In this document: positions 9,163 through 20,100 of the stretch, in pieces
Position numbering within the stretch: the first letter of the stretch is position 1
Layout of the letters: the number at the start of each line of letters is the position of its first letter
NCBI GenBank assembly: GCA_040755995.1
Contig: JBFMAF010000040.1
Coordinates: 1 to 64,000 of the forward strand
Length of the DNA: 64,000 nucleotides
Source: Acidobacteriota bacterium
GTDB taxonomy: Bacteria > Acidobacteriota > CAIWXX01
Direction: 5' to 3'
Made by a program: the position numbers and the translations under genes
The notes under the pieces: model-generated
The model's database searches: none
What the model was told of the DNA's origin: nothing
The model's input: only the letters and a program-made list of their open reading frames with translations

Positions 9163-12100
9163 TCAGGACTCTGAGCGCCAGAGAGTCTCCGCCGCGAAGC
9201 AGGTCCAACCCCACTTGAGCCATCTGACGAGAGAGACGGCAAGCCAGAGGGCCCAGGCGAGCATCGCAGCTCGATAGACCATCAGCGGCACCGAGAACAC
9301 CCAGGCGACTGGCAGCGTTTCATCGGACCGATCCTGGTACCAGCGCAGGAGCTGGGCGGTGGATCCGTTGCCCCGGATCTGCATGTCGGGGAGCCCGAGG
9401 AGCCCCTGTGCTATAGACCAGAAGAGGCATGCGAGGGCCACAAGCGTGAGCAACACGAGAAGCACCTGGATCAGGTTGAACGACCTGCTGGACGCGGACG
9501 GCCTTTCTTTACGGGCTCCGAGGGCCAGGAGCCAGATGACCACGAGGGCAGCTATGATGATCGGCGACTGCGTGAGCCCGAGGCCGAGCAGGAACCACTG
9601 CTTCCAGCGGAGCGGCGTGAGTTTGATCTGGCCAAGCCCGATGCTCGCCAGAAGGAATACAACCAGCAGGCTCCAGAAGAGAACCGCCGGACCGAGCCTG
9701 GGCCCGCCCACCAGGAGCGTCCAGCGATCAGCCGGCATCGTCACAGCCGCGTCGGCATTGACGCTTGCCAGCCCCGTGTCGAGGAGAGGCGTGCGGAACC
9801 GCAGCCCCACCCCCATGGATTGCTGCCACTTGATCTGTGCATTGTGAGACCCGGGCGTGACAGGGAACGTGACGCTTCCTTTCTCCAGCCGCAGCGGTTG
9901 GGCCACCCCGTCGATCGTCAGAAGTTGCAGGTCGGCTCCGTCGGGGAGTTTGACGATGTGCTGGCCGCCGCGGCTGCTGCGATAGCTCAACGTCAGCGTC
10001 GCGTCCGTCGCGCGCCGGCCCGGCATCACCGCCAGCGCGCTGTGGTCAATCGTCATGGTCTGCCCCGCAACGCCCTCGGGACGGCTGATGTCGATCTCGA
10101 CAGTCTCAGCCGGCCACGGGTGCCACTCGCGCACGCGCACGGGCGAGCCGCCCGGCGACAGCACCTGCGGAATGCCCCTGGTTTCGATGTGCCACATCGG
10201 GCTCGCGTCCAATCGCCAGACCTCCACCCATGGCACCGAATCCGGAGCCTTCAGCGCGATGCTGCCGGCCTCGGCGATCACCGATTCCCAGCGTACCTCG
10301 GTCGCCTGCGGACTCATGCTGACCAGCGCCTTCCGTTCCTTCGCCCTCACATCCGCGCTGGTGATCGACTCGCCCGGCAGAAGCGGCACCTCCACAACGA
10401 TCGCCGCTCCCACAGGCGTGAGCCGCGCGACACGGGTCTCGACCAGCCAGGAGAGCCCGACGCTGATCTCACGCTCTACTCGCACGAACGGCGGCAGCGA
10501 TTCCTGCGACAACAGCTCGCCGGTGCCACCTCGCGCGCCTCGCACGCGCGATAGCTGCAGGTTGTCCTCCGCGAGACCGTCCTCGTGGAGACCGTCGAGT
10601 ATCCAGCCGCTGACGCTGGCCTCCACGCGGTGCGGCTTGAGCGGCAGCGGAATCTGGACTGTGTCGCGGTCCGGCAGGGCTCCTTCGAGCAACACCTGAT
10701 GCGTGCCCGGCGAGAGCGGGATCCACAGAAGCCCGTCGCTCGTGCGCAGCATGCCTCGCGCCGGCGCCTCGTCGATCAGTACGCGATGGGGCGTCCACTG
10801 CTTGGCGATGCCCGGCAGCGGCACCGCAGTCACGGCTGCAGCGTCGATCTGTATGCGCGCTCGCAGGAAGGTTGGCGCGACTTCCAGTCTCATCCGCGGG
10901 CTCTGCGCACACTCAGGCTGGCAGCCGGGCTTCTCGAGCAGGCGCTTCCGGAGCTCCTCGAGCATTCCGCCTGGGGGGTACTCGGCACCGACCGCTGAGA
11001 GAGGATGCGCCAGCAGTAGGACCACGACTAGTGCAGCGGCGGACTTCGCACCTCCAAATCTGCCGCGAAGGCCGCGCAGAATCGGGCCCACAGGCTGGCC
11101 GAGCATGCAGAGCACGAGGGCAACCGCAAGCAGGATGCGAACGAAGGCGAGCACAAACTCGACGGACGGCGGGATCAGTAACAGCCGCAGCCGCTGATCG
11201 GCCTTCACCGGACCGCTCCACGCTAGCCTGACCGGGCTCATAGAGGTCCAGCAGGGAAGTCCTGGACCGGTGGATACCTGCGCTCTGGGATCAGGCGCGC
11301 GCACATTGCTTTCTTTCCAGGTTGCGATCTTGGCAGCTCTCCGGGTCGCGACCTCAGCCCGACTCGCCACATAGCCGAGGGACTCAAGCTGCTGCACCTT
11401 GTCCTCCACAGCCTGCTGACGCGCTCCCGGCTCCTCAGCCTTCTGGTGTGCTTCTTCCTCGAGGCGCGCTTTTTCCTCTGGCACACTCTCCACTTGCGCC
11501 GGGGCGACCAGTTTCTGCGGCCCGGGCGGGGGAGGAGGCGGCGGCTCCGGTATCACCTTCATCGTGGCCCGGGGTTCGGCGATCGGTTGCCCAAGCATCA
11601 TCGCATCAAACAGCCCCCAATCGCTGCGGCCGGTCCACGGTTGTTCGAGCTGCGGATAGATGGCGCCGCGAGCCTGCAGGATCAGAAACGGAATCGCGAT
11701 CAAGACAAGCACTACTCGAACCAGCATCCGATACGCTTTCATCCATCGCAAGAAACGTCCCTCTGGGAGCGCCCGGACGAGGGCTTCACCTGTGAGCAGG
11801 AAGAGCCACACCCACTGCGGCGCGCTCCTCTCGTGCCACAGAAGCACAACCGTGAGCAGGGCCACGGCGCCCCAGCGGCTGCCCCACAGTTTCATTGCGG
11901 AGATGCCGATGATCAGCACCAGGAAAAGATCGAGAAGGGTCCATGCGTCAATCCAGGTGGGCGACGCCCTGTCGACACCAATCGCGTGGATCAGGCGCCA
12001 GCCGGGAGGCAGATGGAGCGTCGCGGAGACTTCTTCGAAGTCGTGGTTCCAGCTCACCGCCGGCAGACTCAGCGTCGTCCCGTCGACTCGACTGTCGGAC

Positions 12101-13389
12101 TCCAGACTTAGCTGCCCCTGGCGCACTTCGATTCCCGCCGGGGCTCCTGGCTTGAGCGACGTTATGAACTGATCCTGGCCCGCGATGGCGACCCGCCCGA
12201 GCTTCGCCGGCGGCTGCATCTCGAGCCGCCACGACCGGCTGAGCGTCCCCGCGATGTTGTCCTTCACGGTGTAGCCGCCGCTCTTGAAGTCGAGCCAGAA
12301 CGTGCGATCCAGGGTCAGGCGGTCGGGGGCAGGGTCCGAATCGCCGCGCTTGCGCTCGACGAGCTTCATCGTGTCGCCGGGACGCACGAGATACGCCGGC
12401 AGCGTCCGCCACTCTTCCGGGAGCTGTGTCTGCTGTGGATCTATCGACGGCACGCCTTCGACGTTGACTACGCGCAGCGCCGGGCGCGCGTCGAATACCC
12501 AGGCTTCGTCCGTGTCCCACGGCCCATCGGGCGCCGGCAACGTCATGGCGCCTACAGGCCCCTCATGCCGCGCGGTCAACTCCAAGTTCCAACTGCCGCT
12601 TCTGACCTGCACGCGCAGGTGACCGTCCGGGTCGAGCCGCGACGGCAGAGGTCCTTGGAGCGACATCGGAACGAACCCCTCGGGCAGCGCCCGCCCGAGA
12701 GTGACTTCGCGGTTCCGTCCGGACACCTTGAGCTCCAGGCGCGTCACCAGCACGAGCGGGATGTCATCGACGATGCGGCGGTGCACGATGACGTCGAGGC
12801 GGTTTTCGGCTTCTTCGGCCGCCTGAGCTTTCTGAAGCCAGAGACGGCCTTGCTCATCACGGTTCGGGAATTCGACACGCCGGCCCCGGACCGTCACCGC
12901 GAGCAAGCCGGTCCCGGCAGGGACTTGCAGGAGCTCGGGGAGAGAGTCCCACTGGAAGCGGCCCGCCACCGAATGCACGCCAGGCGACAGCTTCACGCAC
13001 GGTGCGCCTTCCCGCGCGATCACCACGGCCGGCGCCCCGTCGACTCTGACGTCTTGTGGCCAGAGCTTCGAGTCGCCCGGCAATGCGGCCCAGTCCTCGG
13101 CGTAAACCCGCCAGTCTTGAGTGAACTGCCCGGACTTTTCGTCCAAGACCAGGGTGAGGGCTCCAGGCCAGACGCATTCCTGCCGATCCTCGGAGCCCAG
13201 AAAGAACGGGCAGAGCTGCCCTTCATATCCATGAAGCACCCAACCGACCCACGGGGCCAGCGGCTCCGGGACCTTCTCTCGTTGATCAGTCTGGGCGGCC
13301 GCAAAGTGGAGCGACGCGAGGAGACCGAGCGACAGTCCCAACGTCACCCTGATACCGCGCAACGTCGACGAATCGTTTCTTGCTGGCAT
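9163..13389 (-). CDS. Large uncharacterised polytopic membrane protein with an internal duplication
   Basis: 1408 aa; signal peptide; two soluble blocks each followed by a TM cluster; GGAGG RBS. Confidence 0.85.
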   Translation of the reverse strand: MPARNDSSTLRGIRVTLGLSLGLLASLHFAAAQTDQREKVPEPLAPWVGWVLHGYEGQLCPFFLGSEDRQECVWPGALTLVLDEKSGQFTQDWRVYAEDWAALPGDSKLWPQDVRVDGAPAVVIAREGAPCVKLSPGVHSVAGRFQWDSLPELLQVPAGTGLLAVTVRGRRVEFPNRDEQGRLWLQKAQAAEEAENRLDVIVHRRIVDDIPLVLVTRLELKVSGRNREVTLGRALPEGFVPMSLQGPLPSRLDPDGHLRVQVRSGSWNLELTARHEGPVGAMTLPAPDGPWDTDEAWVFDARPALRVVNVEGVPSIDPQQTQLPEEWRTLPAYLVRPGDTMKLVERKRGDSDPAPDRLTLDRTFWLDFKSGGYTVKDNIAGTLSRSWRLEMQPPAKLGRVAIAGQDQFITSLKPGAPAGIEVRQGQLSLESDSRVDGTTLSLPAVSWNHDFEEVSATLHLPPGWRLIHAIGVDRASPTWIDAWTLLDLFLVLIIGISAMKLWGSRWGAVALLTVVLLWHERSAPQWVWLFLLTGEALVRALPEGRFLRWMKAYRMLVRVVLVLIAIPFLILQARGAIYPQLEQPWTGRSDWGLFDAMMLGQPIAEPRATMKVIPEPPPPPPPGPQKLVAPAQVESVPEEKARLEEEAHQKAEEPGARQQAVEDKVQQLESLGYVASRAEVATRRAAKIATWKESNVRAPDPRAQVSTGPGLPCWTSMSPVRLAWSGPVKADQRLRLLLIPPSVEFVLAFVRILLAVALVLCMLGQPVGPILRGLRGRFGGAKSAAALVVVLLLAHPLSAVGAEYPPGGMLEELRKRLLEKPGCQPECAQSPRMRLEVAPTFLRARIQIDAAAVTAVPLPGIAKQWTPHRVLIDEAPARGMLRTSDGLLWIPLSPGTHQVLLEGALPDRDTVQIPLPLKPHRVEASVSGWILDGLHEDGLAEDNLQLSRVRGARGGTGELLSQESLPPFVRVEREISVGLSWLVETRVARLTPVGAAIVVEVPLLPGESITSADVRAKERKALVSMSPQATEVRWESVIAEAGSIALKAPDSVPWVEVWRLDASPMWHIETRGIPQVLSPGGSPVRVREWHPWPAETVEIDISRPEGVAGQTMTIDHSALAVMPGRRATDATLTLSYRSSRGGQHIVKLPDGADLQLLTIDGVAQPLRLEKGSVTFPVTPGSHNAQIKWQQSMGVGLRFRTPLLDTGLASVNADAAVTMPADRWTLLVGGPRLGPAVLFWSLLVVFLLASIGLGQIKLTPLRWKQWFLLGLGLTQSPIIIAALVVIWLLALGARKERPSASSRSFNLIQVLLVLLTLVALACLFWSIAQGLLGLPDMQIRGNGSTAQLLRWYQDRSDETLPVAWVFSVPLMVYRAAMLAWALWLAVSLVRWLKWGWTCFAAETLWRSES

Positions 13390-13529
13390 GGCAGACCTCC
13401 GCTCGTGGAATCCTATTCGATTGTCCCTAACCTAACACGACCCACCGCCGGCGTCTACTGCGCCGACGTGGAAGTGGAGATCGACGTGAAACCTGACGGA
13501 GCCTCATGTGCCGCGCTTTCCGACCATGA

Positions 13530-14417
13530 TCAAGTGACGGCGAACTCGCCCCGCTTCTCGCTGGGCAGCAGCGAGAGAAAGGCGTCGTCGAGCCGGCATG
13601 GAGCCGCCGTGGCGCCGGGCGGCGGTTCCGACGCGATGAGCTTCACCAGCACGCGGCCGTTGAGCGGGCGTCTCTCAGTCACCGGGTAACGCTTTTCCAG
13701 CGCGTCCAGCCGCTCCGGCTCCACCTCCACCTGCCACACTCGTTTCGCTTGCGCCTCGATCAGCTCGCCCGGACGCCCGGCGAACTCTACCCGGCCGTCG
13801 ACGAGTACGCACAGCTTGTCCGCGGCGCTGCTGATGTCTTCCAGGATGTGTGTCGAGAATATGACACAGGCCCGCGTGCCGATTTCCGCGATCAGGTTTC
13901 GGAAAAACACGCGCTCGCCCGGGTCCAGCCCAGTCGTGATCTCGTCGCAGATCAGCAGCTCCGGTCGATGGATGATGCCGATGGCGAATCCCAGCTTCCT
14001 GCGTTCGCCGCCGCTGAGCGCCCCGGCGCGGGCCCCGCTGCGATTAGCCAGGCCGATCAGGTCGATATGCGCGTCGACCCAGCCGCGTCTAGAACTGCGT
14101 CGCAAACGATACAGGTCGTAGAAGAGCTCCAGATTCTCCCGCACGGTCAGATCATCGACGACCCTGATGTGTTGAGGAACGTATCCGATGCGCCGCCGCA
14201 GCGGGCGCACGTTCCGGGAAGGCTCGATGCCGAAGATCGTGAGCGACCCGGTGCTGAGAGCGAGCTGTGTGGTGAGAACGCGCAGCAGTGTCGTCTTCCC
14301 CGCGCCGTTAGGCCCGATCATCCCGAAGACACCCGCCGAGGCGTCGAGCGAAACGCCGCGGAGCGCGTCCGTGCCGTCTGCGTACGTCTTGGTGATGTCG
14401 CGCGCCACGACGGTCAT
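13530..14417 (-). CDS. ABC transporter ATP-binding protein
   Basis: GPNGAGKTT, LSGGE, LLICDE, STH. Confidence 0.93.
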   Translation of the reverse strand: MTVVARDITKTYADGTDALRGVSLDASAGVFGMIGPNGAGKTTLLRVLTTQLALSTGSLTIFGIEPSRNVRPLRRRIGYVPQHIRVVDDLTVRENLELFYDLYRLRRSSRRGWVDAHIDLIGLANRSGARAGALSGGERRKLGFAIGIIHRPELLICDEITTGLDPGERVFFRNLIAEIGTRACVIFSTHILEDISSAADKLCVLVDGRVEFAGRPGELIEAQAKRVWQVEVEPERLDALEKRYPVTERRPLNGRVLVKLIASEPPPGATAAPCRLDDAFLSLLPSEKRGEFAVT

Positions 14418-17107
14418 CGCGTCTGCTCGGCTCCCTGTGCGGCGGGCACACCGGAATCGACCCCGCGCGGCTGGTCGACGATCTCGAAGGTACCTCCCGC
14501 CGGCGCGTCCGACCGATAGATCTGTCCCTTGGGATCGAAGTCGATGCGAATCGGTCTCGACGAGAGATCCACTTCGAGCACCGCCTCATGGTCGACGAAC
14601 ACCTGGCCGTGCCAGGTGTCGCCTTCCATGGTGATAGTCGCCGGCACGATCATCCGGCCATCCCAGTCGTTCGCGATCGCCGCCCTGGCGTGGTACTTGC
14701 CGTTCGAAAACCTCCATGCGACGGGGGAGTGCGACAGGCGGTAGTGCGGCAGGCGCGCGTTCTGGTAGTAGTCCTCCCAGAACCAGCTCAAGTCCTGCCC
14801 TTGGACATGAGCCTCTTCATTGACGATTTCGATGAAATCATCCGGAGTCGTGTGGCGGAAGCGGTGCTCGCGGAACAGCCGCCGGACACAGGCATGAAAT
14901 CGGTCATGGCCGAGCAGCGTGCTGAGGCAGGTGAGGAGGCGCGAGGCCTTCTCGGAGTATTGCCCGGGACCCGACGCTGCGACTCGCTTATCTCGCCGGG
15001 CCCGCTCCTCCCATTGTGCGAGCACCATACCGCGTTCGATGCCGGCGCTGACGCGAGGAACGACAGGATTCGCACCGCGCACACTGTGACCCCAGGCGCC
15101 CAGCTGCTCGGTTCGAAGAAAGGCTCCGAGGCAGTCCCTGAGCCCCGTATTGTAAAAGGGGTGCGTGGCGGCCGGGCCGCACAACATGCCCGCCGGCATC
15201 AACCACTCGACGCCGATGAGCAGCGGCCAACCGGTGACTCGCACCTCCTGCGCGCGGAACGGCATGAAGAGGGTAGCGACAGCCAGATCTCCCTTGCCCG
15301 CGATCGCCTGCACGGGCCGCGTAGGCCGGTCGTCGATATCGTTCAGAAACGCGGCGATATCGGCCAGTTTCTCGGGCAGCTCGCTCTGATCGATCCGGCA
15401 GCCGGGCGGGTAGTAGATCTCCACCTGTCGCTCGCCCACCTGCTGCGTCGCCTTCCTGAGTGCGCCGGCCGCTATCGACAGAGACCCCAGCTCGGATGGT
15501 CCGTAGGTACCCTTGTAGCGATACACGGCGCCGTCCGGCGAATTCTCTACATTAGTAGTAAAGCCTGGGAACGCCGCCTGCCATCCCCCCGGGGATGTGA
15601 CTGTCGCCGCACACTCTACGGGGCCGTCGCTTTCCCCGTTCATCAGCAGAGGAAACCAGTGGTCGTCGGGCATGAACCAGCAGTAGGAGGAAGCAGTGTG
15701 CGTGACGGCCGGGGCCTCGGAGTGGTAGTAGTACATCCCGGCGTACCACCGCAGCGCGGGCTCGCTGAATCTCCCCAGCGCGGCCCGGTAGTAGTTGTCG
15801 ATGAAGCCCTCGAACCGGAGCCGTACGCGATGCCGGCCGCGACCGTCGCACCGGATTAGAATGCGGTCGAGGCTTCTTCGCAGAGCCTCCACCCCGCGAC
15901 CATCGATCGTGGCCAGTGGAACTCGCAACCCCGAGTTGAGCACAAACACGAGGTCGGTCGTTCCGGAAGTCTCGATCACGTACTCGCATGTCCCGCTGAT
16001 AGGCCGCAGGCGCGTCCCCAGCGTGATGTCGATCGCGATGGATTCGATCCGCGCAGACGGGCGGCCGGGCGCCGCGAGGTCAGCATCGGCCTGTTGCTTC
16101 AGCTCCCTCCACAGCTCCTTCCGCTCCATCACCTCCTTCACAATCCAACCGCCGAGGGCGACCGGCATCACAGCGGCGACGAGCAGGCTCGCCCAGAGGG
16201 CGGCGCCACGGCCTTCAAAGAGGAGGAAGCGGTGGAGCGTCGTATGGAACGGCAGCTCGGACTTCCACAGCCGGTGATGGTCGCTCTCGCAGCTCCGCGT
16301 CAGGCCGCACGCGATGACGATCAGCAGGATGCCGGTCGCCGCGAGGAAGACGCGTTGGGTCACGATCTGGGCGAGCTCGTAGGAACTGAGGAGCGTGAAT
16401 CCGAACCACGGATTGAGGACATGCTCGGCGCTCCAGTTTACGGCAGCCCAATCGAGCGGTCCTGCGCCCAGGACGCGCAGATTCAGGTCGAGCAATATCG
16501 CACCGATCCGCTCGGCCTCCCCGGCCATTGCCGCCTGCACAACGAAGTAGACGCCTGCCGCGAGGCCGAACAGGCCGAGGAGCTGCGTGAGAATGTGCCG
16601 GGCCAGGCTCCCGACGAAGAGCCCGGCTGCGGCGCAGAGGAACACGGCCGGAATCGTGATAACACCCAGCGACAGAAACAGGTCCGCGGCGCCGACGCGG
16701 CCAAAGGCCATCCAACAGCTTGTCGAGACCACGATCGCATGGGCCGCCACCAGGGCGGCCAGCAGGCACTGCACTGCGGAGAACTTCGCGAGCACATAGG
16801 CGGTCTCGCTCACACCTGCTTGCAGCACGGCCTCCTGGGCTCCAGGTTGCCGGTCACGCGCCAGCAAAGGCAGGGTGAGCACCAGGGCCCCGAGCTCGAG
16901 AAGCAGCAGGGCGGCGATAATCTGCGGCTGCGCGAACGCCTCGGGGGCCACGTCGATGTCCCAGTCCTCCGAAGGTCGCAGCCATGTGTGGATGATCACT
17001 GTGAGCACCACCAACCCGACGAGCAGAGCATACGGCAGCGCGCGTCGAAGCTGCCTGCGCAGCTCCGTTCGAAAGACGACCCTGAAGCCCGACCACGCAT
17101 CCGTCAT
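14414..17107 (-). CDS. ABC-2-type permease fused to a degenerate M1 aminopeptidase-like domain
   Basis: N-terminal multi-TM region (FRTELRRQLR...). The C-terminal YSEKAS..LLG..F...TPDDF...QDLSWFW resembles the M1 family. No HExxH is present. ATGA-coupled start. Confidence 0.75.
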   Translation of the reverse strand: MTDAWSGFRVVFRTELRRQLRRALPYALLVGLVVLTVIIHTWLRPSEDWDIDVAPEAFAQPQIIAALLLLELGALVLTLPLLARDRQPGAQEAVLQAGVSETAYVLAKFSAVQCLLAALVAAHAIVVSTSCWMAFGRVGAADLFLSLGVITIPAVFLCAAAGLFVGSLARHILTQLLGLFGLAAGVYFVVQAAMAGEAERIGAILLDLNLRVLGAGPLDWAAVNWSAEHVLNPWFGFTLLSSYELAQIVTQRVFLAATGILLIVIACGLTRSCESDHHRLWKSELPFHTTLHRFLLFEGRGAALWASLLVAAVMPVALGGWIVKEVMERKELWRELKQQADADLAAPGRPSARIESIAIDITLGTRLRPISGTCEYVIETSGTTDLVFVLNSGLRVPLATIDGRGVEALRRSLDRILIRCDGRGRHRVRLRFEGFIDNYYRAALGRFSEPALRWYAGMYYYHSEAPAVTHTASSYCWFMPDDHWFPLLMNGESDGPVECAATVTSPGGWQAAFPGFTTNVENSPDGAVYRYKGTYGPSELGSLSIAAGALRKATQQVGERQVEIYYPPGCRIDQSELPEKLADIAAFLNDIDDRPTRPVQAIAGKGDLAVATLFMPFRAQEVRVTGWPLLIGVEWLMPAGMLCGPAATHPFYNTGLRDCLGAFLRTEQLGAWGHSVRGANPVVPRVSAGIERGMVLAQWEERARRDKRVAASGPGQYSEKASRLLTCLSTLLGHDRFHACVRRLFREHRFRHTTPDDFIEIVNEEAHVQGQDLSWFWEDYYQNARLPHYRLSHSPVAWRFSNGKYHARAAIANDWDGRMIVPATITMEGDTWHGQVFVDHEAVLEVDLSSRPIRIDFDPKGQIYRSDAPAGGTFEIVDQPRGVDSGVPAAQGAEQTR

Positions 17108-20100
17108 GGCAGTTCCCATGAGAGCATGCTGATGCGCTGTTCGCCGATCATCGCGACGAACGCGTCTTCCAGGCGGGGTGGGTCGGCGCGAAAGCTGCCG
17201 ATCGGCGGCCGCATCTCTCCCACCACTCGCACGGCCCATCGCCCCTCGAGCTTGGACCGGCTCACGAACTGGCAGCCCTCGACGCACAAGCGCTCCATCT
17301 GCTCCACCTCGACCTCGCCCACAAACACCTTGCCCTCAAGCCGCTTCAGGCAGTCTGCTATGTCGCCGTCGTACAGAACGCGCCCGCGGTGGAGTATGGC
17401 GAGGCGCGAGCAGATCGCTTCGACGTCCTCGACCAGATGCGTCGCGAACAAGACGATGCGGTCCCGCCCGAGGCCGGCGATCAGTCTGCGGAAGGGGATT
17501 CGCACCTCGGGATCCAGGCCGCTGGTGGGCTCGTCCAGAATCAGCAACTCGGGGTTGCAGAGCAGCGCGCGAGCGATATCGACCCGCTTCGCGTAGCCTC
17601 CCGAGAGATCTCTAATGACCTTGCCGGCCTGGTCTGCAAGGCCTGCCTCTTGCAAGGCCTCGTCCACTCGCGCGAACCCGCTGAGCCTTCCCATGTACTC
17701 CAGGTACTCGCGCACAGTGAGGGCCGCGTAGCCGCCGCTGTTCTGGGGAACGATGTCAACTGTGCCGCGTTCGGCGGAACGTAGAATATCGCGCGCGCCG
17801 AGGATCGCGGCACCGCGCGCAGGCTTGAGATCGCCTGCCAGTATGCGCAGCAGAGTAGTCTTGCCGGCGCCGTTCGGCCCCAGCAGCCCGAAGACACCGG
17901 GCTCCACCCGCAGCGAGACCCGATCCAGAGCGATCACACCGGACTGGTTGCCGTACCGATGCGTGACGTTTCGGATCACGAGGGCGGGCGGGCCCGGTTG
18001 AAAGTCAGCCTGGGCGCCGCGCGTCGTGGGCAAACGCCGTAGCAGCAGCTCGGGCGAGAGCAGCGACCAGATCTCGCCGAGCATGAGTGCAGCGGCCGGC
18101 ACCCAGAGCAGGCCGGCCAGCTCCAGCGGCAATCCCGACACGCAGAGGCTCAGCGGCGCCAGCAGCCCCAGCACGGCGAGCTCGACGCCGGTCCGCCGCG
18201 CCGGGTGCCTCGCGGCCGCTCCCGCATTGGCTGCAAGGAAAAGCAGCACACTGCTCACGAGGAGCAGCGTTGCTTGCGAGCCCCATTCGCGCACTGTTCC
18301 GCTCAGCTCGATTGCAGCGCAGGAGCCCAGCATGACGACAGTCACGCCTGCGGCGAGCGACAGGATTCTCGAGTTGCCCGCGCCGCCGAGGGCGGCGGCG
18401 AGTGCTGTTGCAAAGACGGTGGCTGCCAGGAGGCAGACGAAGACTACCTGCACGCCGCTCAGGAACGCGCCCCGAGTCGTCACCCGTATGAGCAGGCCCA
18501 GGCCCGGCAAATTCGCGAGGTCCTGTGCAGCGAGGTCTCGTTGCAGCGGCGTGGTACCTGGTCTCAGCGTGACGGTGATTCTCTCGAACGCCTTTCCATC
18601 GCGCCTTTCCAGCGCACTGGGAGACTCGACAAGCTGCGGCTCCACAACATCTCCCACGGCCAGCGCCGTGGAGCCCGAGGAGCTCTTGCCGGACAATGGC
18701 AGAGGCGAATCGAGGATGGATGTGAGCCTGGGCGCACTCTCGCCGTCATCGTTCAACGCGAGCCTGCAGTTGAACCGGTGGCCGCGCCAGAGGACCTCAC
18801 CGGCTTCCATTCCTCGAGGTTGTGCCACGGCCAGGATCGCGAGTGCCTGATCGACCTGAGCATCGGTCGCATGGGCGCGCCGCTCCATCACCCAGCCCGG
18901 TTCCACGTGAGCTCCGGCGTAGTCGACTTCGACGACACCGCGCAGAGGCCGGATGAGGGGAGCGAGTGCGCGGCATTGCGTCTGCAGGTAGGCTCGATCG
19001 GGATGCTCGGCCTCCAGCCACAGCGTCTCGTCATTCGCAGGTTCCTCGTGAAGGATCGGCTGCGATCGGGTCAAGAACTCACCTTCGCGGGGTGGGAGCT
19101 GGTCGACCTGCCGGACTCGACTCACGCGTGGAACGGTCTCGATCGACTGGATGATCTTCTTCGCTGCGGACTCGGCGGTGCCTGTTCCAATGCGGCTGGT
19201 CAGAAACCAACGGTCCCTCTCGCGGTCCATGCGAAACGAAGCCACGAGACCGCTCGCCCGCAGTCTCATCGCGACATCGTTGACGCTCCCGTCGTCGCAC
19301 GACATCTCCACGTACACAAGATCACCGCGGCGTCCCAGGGCCTCGCCGCGGCGGCCCAGGTCTTTGAACACAGTGAAGAAGCCCGCGACACCGTAGACGA
19401 GGACGATGGAGGTAGCGAGCGCTAACCGGCGGAGGAATGCATGTCTCGCGCGAAGGGCCGTCCTGGTGAGCCGTCCGGCCGGGCTCCATCCAGCGGCCTC
19501 AATCGAATCTGTGGGCGGCCGCATCAGCAACGCGAGCACCACGGTGCCGCCGACGGTCACGAGCCAGGCTTGGGCCGCCTCCCATGGCACGATCGCAGGG
19601 GCATCGAGAAGGAGCGATGCCAGTGCGATGACCAGCCCGGCGACCGCAGCGAGGACCGCCACGCGCTTTGCGAATTCCGCCGCATCAGCACTGCGACGCG
19701 AGCAAGCCGACTGTACCAGGGACGCGAAAGCTGTCGCCAGACCCAGGCCCCAGCCGCAGAGAGCCTCCATGGACAAACTGCGCTGCGTCGCAGCAGCAAG
19801 GAGAGGCCACAGGGACGAGGCGCAGACGATGGCGCAGTCGAGACGCAGCACAGCTGCTGCATGCGCACCCGCTAACAGCAGCAGGACAGAGGTGAGACCG
19901 AGAAGGAGGGCGACGATCAGCAGCAGCCGCGCCAGAAACCGATGAGGATCGGCACGAGCATCGAAGATCAGATTCTCGCCGCCCGGCGTTCGCTCCTGTA
20001 TGCTCCGGAACACAGCACGCTGATTTGCGTCCGTCTTGGTGAAGACCTTCATCGAGATGTGTGGCACGCCGTCGATGAACGTGCCAGGGAGTCCAGTGTC

